A DNA stretch of 61,433 bases, the filler included, from an uncultured bacterium (lineage in GTDB: Bacteria; Hinthialibacterota; Hinthialibacteria; Hinthialibacterales; Hinthialibacteraceae): NCBI GenBank assembly GCA_964449065.1. It is 5 parts of 5 records of this genome, joined end to end, with 100 filler letters (N's around TTAATTAATTAA, not from the genome) between each part and the next. Parts side by side here need not be neighbours in the genome. Positions count along the whole stretch, not along the records: positions 49,311 to 61,433 come from CAYVAZ010000151.1; 4 more parts are not named here. One strand, written 5' to 3'. Each line of letters opens with the position of its first letter. The first letter of the stretch is position 1. The notes beneath the pieces are model-generated. The model made no database searches. It was not told where the DNA came from and was given only the letters and a program-made list of their open reading frames with translations. The translations under genes were made by a program, and so were the position numbers. This document shows, piece after piece, positions 58,974-61,433 of the stretch.

Positions 58974-60302
58974 ATGAGTTTGCTTGCGATTTATGGAAAT
59001 ATAGTCACGGAAGATTCACTGCTGGAAAGCCATTATTTAACCATCGACAACGGAGTGGTCAAAAGCATTAGCAAAGCCGAGCCTTCCGCTGAATATGAAC
59101 GGATTGAGACCGGAGACGATTGTCTCATTCTTCCCGGCTTTCGCGACCCCCATACCCATGATGTAAACGGCCAGGTTGCATCCAAAGACATGAGCACGGA
59201 AGAAATCGCGGAACGCTTTGGGACAGTGATGCGTGCGTATGCTGCAAATGGGGTGACGGCAGTGTATGTGGCAACATTTGGCGTACCGCTGGAAGAGTTG
59301 GAGCATTATTGCCGTGGGGCAAAACGGTGGCTGGATTATTCGCGCAATGGAAATGATGGCACCCGCTTATTGGGGATTAATATAGAAGGCTCGTTTATTA
59401 ACGATGAATGCCGTGGGGCGCAATCGGCGGAATATTGTTTTATCCCCACCCAAATGGATTGTGTGAAAGCAGTCAACCGGTTGAGCGAAACCGGCGCGGT
59501 GCGCATGATGAACATTGTCCCGGATTATGGGGAACCTTCCTTGCTGACCATAAAACATGCGCGCAATAAAGGATTAATGGTCGGTTCCGGGCATTTGAAA
59601 CCGGAAGCACGATTGCTGCACCGCGCGTACAATGAATGCGGGTTGCAGTATATGGTTCATTTCACGAACGGGCCGACGGGACAATCGTTCAAGCCGTTTG
59701 GAAATGGCAACGCCTTCGAAGGAGCAATGACGATTCCCATCCGCAAAGAACTTATTTTGGATTTAATCCACGTGGATGGGCGTTATGTGCTGGATATGAT
59801 TCGCCGCAATGAAGAACGCTGGGGGGATGACAACATCATTGCGATCACCGACGGGATGTTTCCTGTGGATGAGGAATTGCCGCAAGAGGAGTTTCAAATC
59901 GGGACGACTGTGGCTGTTCAAGATCAAGAGATGAACTGTCTACGGGCAACGGCTTACCTCAAACCGGATGGAACACGAGTGCTTGCCCCTCCGAATACTT
60001 TATGCGGCAGTATATTAAAGATGAACCAAGCCTTCGCCAATTTGATGCGGTTGTTTACACAGGATATCGAAGGCATTTGGTATCATCATCCCGCCATGCC
60101 GGTAGAACGCGCGCTGGTGAAAACGGCTAAACTGTGCGCACTAAATCAAGCGAACCTGGATAGGCATGAGACATCTCATGGAAGCCTCATGCCCGGTAAG
60201 AGGGCGGATATCACCATTGGTAAACTGAATCAAACCAATAACAGGTACGAGTTATTCATCCAAAAAACCTTAATAGACGGCCATATTGTCTACTCTGCTT
60301 GA
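58974..60302 (+). CDS. nagA: Amidohydrolase, N-acetylglucosamine-6-phosphate deacetylase-like
   Basis: PGFRDPHTH, GINIEGSF, GH, HFTNG, DLIHV, ITDG, LCGS and GSLMPGKRAD; divergent. Confidence 0.7.
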   Translation: MSLLAIYGNIVTEDSLLESHYLTIDNGVVKSISKAEPSAEYERIETGDDCLILPGFRDPHTHDVNGQVASKDMSTEEIAERFGTVMRAYAANGVTAVYVATFGVPLEELEHYCRGAKRWLDYSRNGNDGTRLLGINIEGSFINDECRGAQSAEYCFIPTQMDCVKAVNRLSETGAVRMMNIVPDYGEPSLLTIKHARNKGLMVGSGHLKPEARLLHRAYNECGLQYMVHFTNGPTGQSFKPFGNGNAFEGAMTIPIRKELILDLIHVDGRYVLDMIRRNEERWGDDNIIAITDGMFPVDEELPQEEFQIGTTVAVQDQEMNCLRATAYLKPDGTRVLAPPNTLCGSILKMNQAFANLMRLFTQDIEGIWYHHPAMPVERALVKTAKLCALNQANLDRHETSHGSLMPGKRADITIGKLNQTNNRYELFIQKTLIDGHIVYSA

Positions 60303-61153
60303 ATATCTTGTGCTTGAGTATCCTGCGCTTGAGTATCTTGCGCTTGATTTCCCGCATTGGTTTGCTGGCTCAGGTCATTCATCATTTGATCGAAATTCAC
60401 GGTGAAGAAATCCAGCGCCGGTGCGTTAGTTGGTTCCAGCAATGCATCTTTGTTTTTCACGATCAAATCTGCGTTCTCTGCTTTGAAATCAACCGACTGT
60501 ACCGCTTCCCGCAGGTTGCTGAAATCGAAATCTTGGTTGTTCCACTGCTGATTGTTGCTGTTAATCTCTTGCATGGTCTTTTCCACTTCGTGGAACTGAG
60601 CTTCATATTGCGACCAAACTTGCTGCCCTTCCGTATGGTTGTTTTCCTGGCATTTGGATAGCGTGCCAAGGGTGGTTCTGCATATCCAAATATATTCGCG
60701 TTTAGACATTTCCCGCTGGCGCAGCAGTTCGACATGCTTACCGCCGATTTCCGGAAACAGTTTGACTGCGGTGTCGATGATCTGCTTGATCGAACTGATT
60801 CCGGCGAACATATCCATAAAGCCGCCTTCAAAATTTTGGCTGATTTTCTGGCTGATTTCTTCGAACTGTTTGACATATTCTTGTGAAAAGGCTGTAAGTT
60901 CTTGACGGACTTGCAGAAATTCCGTGTAGCGTTCTTCTGGGATGAGGCCGTCTTGTGGGGGAGAAAAAGGGAATTCTTCATTCAATTCAGTATATTGTGT
61001 ATTAATTTGGGTATACATTTCCTGAAACTGCTGACCGTACTGCATTGCGTTATATCCTACCCAGCCAACACCCGCACCGATGATGATGAATACCAGCAGC
61101 AGAAACCCGCCGCAGCCTAAACAACCCCAAAACCAAATACTTTTTTTTGCCAT
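60290..61153 (-). CDS. Membrane-anchored helical hypothetical protein
   Basis: WFWGCLGCGG plus TM; C-terminal QAQD(T/I) x3; GAGG RBS. Confidence 0.75.
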   Translation of the reverse strand: MAKKSIWFWGCLGCGGFLLLVFIIIGAGVGWVGYNAMQYGQQFQEMYTQINTQYTELNEEFPFSPPQDGLIPEERYTEFLQVRQELTAFSQEYVKQFEEISQKISQNFEGGFMDMFAGISSIKQIIDTAVKLFPEIGGKHVELLRQREMSKREYIWICRTTLGTLSKCQENNHTEGQQVWSQYEAQFHEVEKTMQEINSNNQQWNNQDFDFSNLREAVQSVDFKAENADLIVKNKDALLEPTNAPALDFFTVNFDQMMNDLSQQTNAGNQAQDTQAQDTQAQDIQAE

Positions 61154-61347
61154 GATTTTATCCTCTGTTTAGTCGATTTGTATCCGGACTATGCTAGTTC
61201 AAATTCCCGTAGGAATCTATACGCAGTTCGCAACAAATAATGTCACCGGTTTGATGGTTCGGTTTGGTTGATGGGAAAAGTTATGGTAAATGGGATGCCT
61301 TTGCTTTCTTTGTAAGCGGAGAAATCGAGCCAATGTGCTGGGCGATA

Positions 61348-61433
61348 ATCCTAAAAAAAGCAGTTGATATTGAAAAGAATGCCATAACTTTTTGAATATA
61401 ATAGAATTATGAAATGCGGAGCAGTTGAAAAAT
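61348..61433 (+). repeat. Repeat family F fragment at the contig end
   Basis: Matches 11579-11664. Confidence 0.85.

Noticed and set aside
49311..61433. Contig 5 as a circular element or plasmid
   Set aside because: Its ends are non-overlapping parts of a dispersed repeat, and the content is core chromosomal (dnaG, sdhCAB).

Overview
This is a draft or metagenome-assembled bacterial sequence made of five contigs (1-12379, 12480-24728, 24829-36979, 37080-49210, 49311-61433). They are joined in descending length order by artificial 100-nt N/TTAATTAATTAA linkers, so no gene neighbourhood can be inferred across the joins. The gene content points to a diderm organism; its lineage cannot be fixed from this sequence. 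Contig 1 carries a T2SS/type IV pilus cluster (GspK, fused PilM-PilN, PilO-like, secretin), a Pal-like protein and a PAS kinase with a sigma54 regulator. Contig 2 carries rnpB, a Tat arylsulfatase, glycosyltransferases and a B12 radical-SAM operon. Contig 3 carries a DUF1080/FG-GAP protein, toxin-antitoxin (TA) modules, a nanA-like lyase, transporters, purQ and a ydjC/uvrB chimeric junction. Contig 4 carries an ABC exporter, a cytochrome-c-fused CydA-like pair, glycosyltransferases, tlyA and nadK. Contig 5 carries dnaG, sdhCAB, an Rpn nuclease and a nagA-like gene. Intergenic DNA is rich in REP-like and MITE-like modules. The strongest leads are: (1) a consensus sigma54 promoter at 12880 followed by about 540 nt of hairpin-dense DNA with no credible ORF, a candidate large ncRNA or leader; (2) an integrase-free AT-rich islet next to rnpB that appears to have replaced the 3' end of a sulfatase gene, leaving an 83-bp exact repeat with two alternative C-termini; (3) an Rpn gene with a strong internal ribosome-binding site for a nested small antitoxin-like protein. 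All calls come from reading motifs by eye; no searches or folding programs were run.
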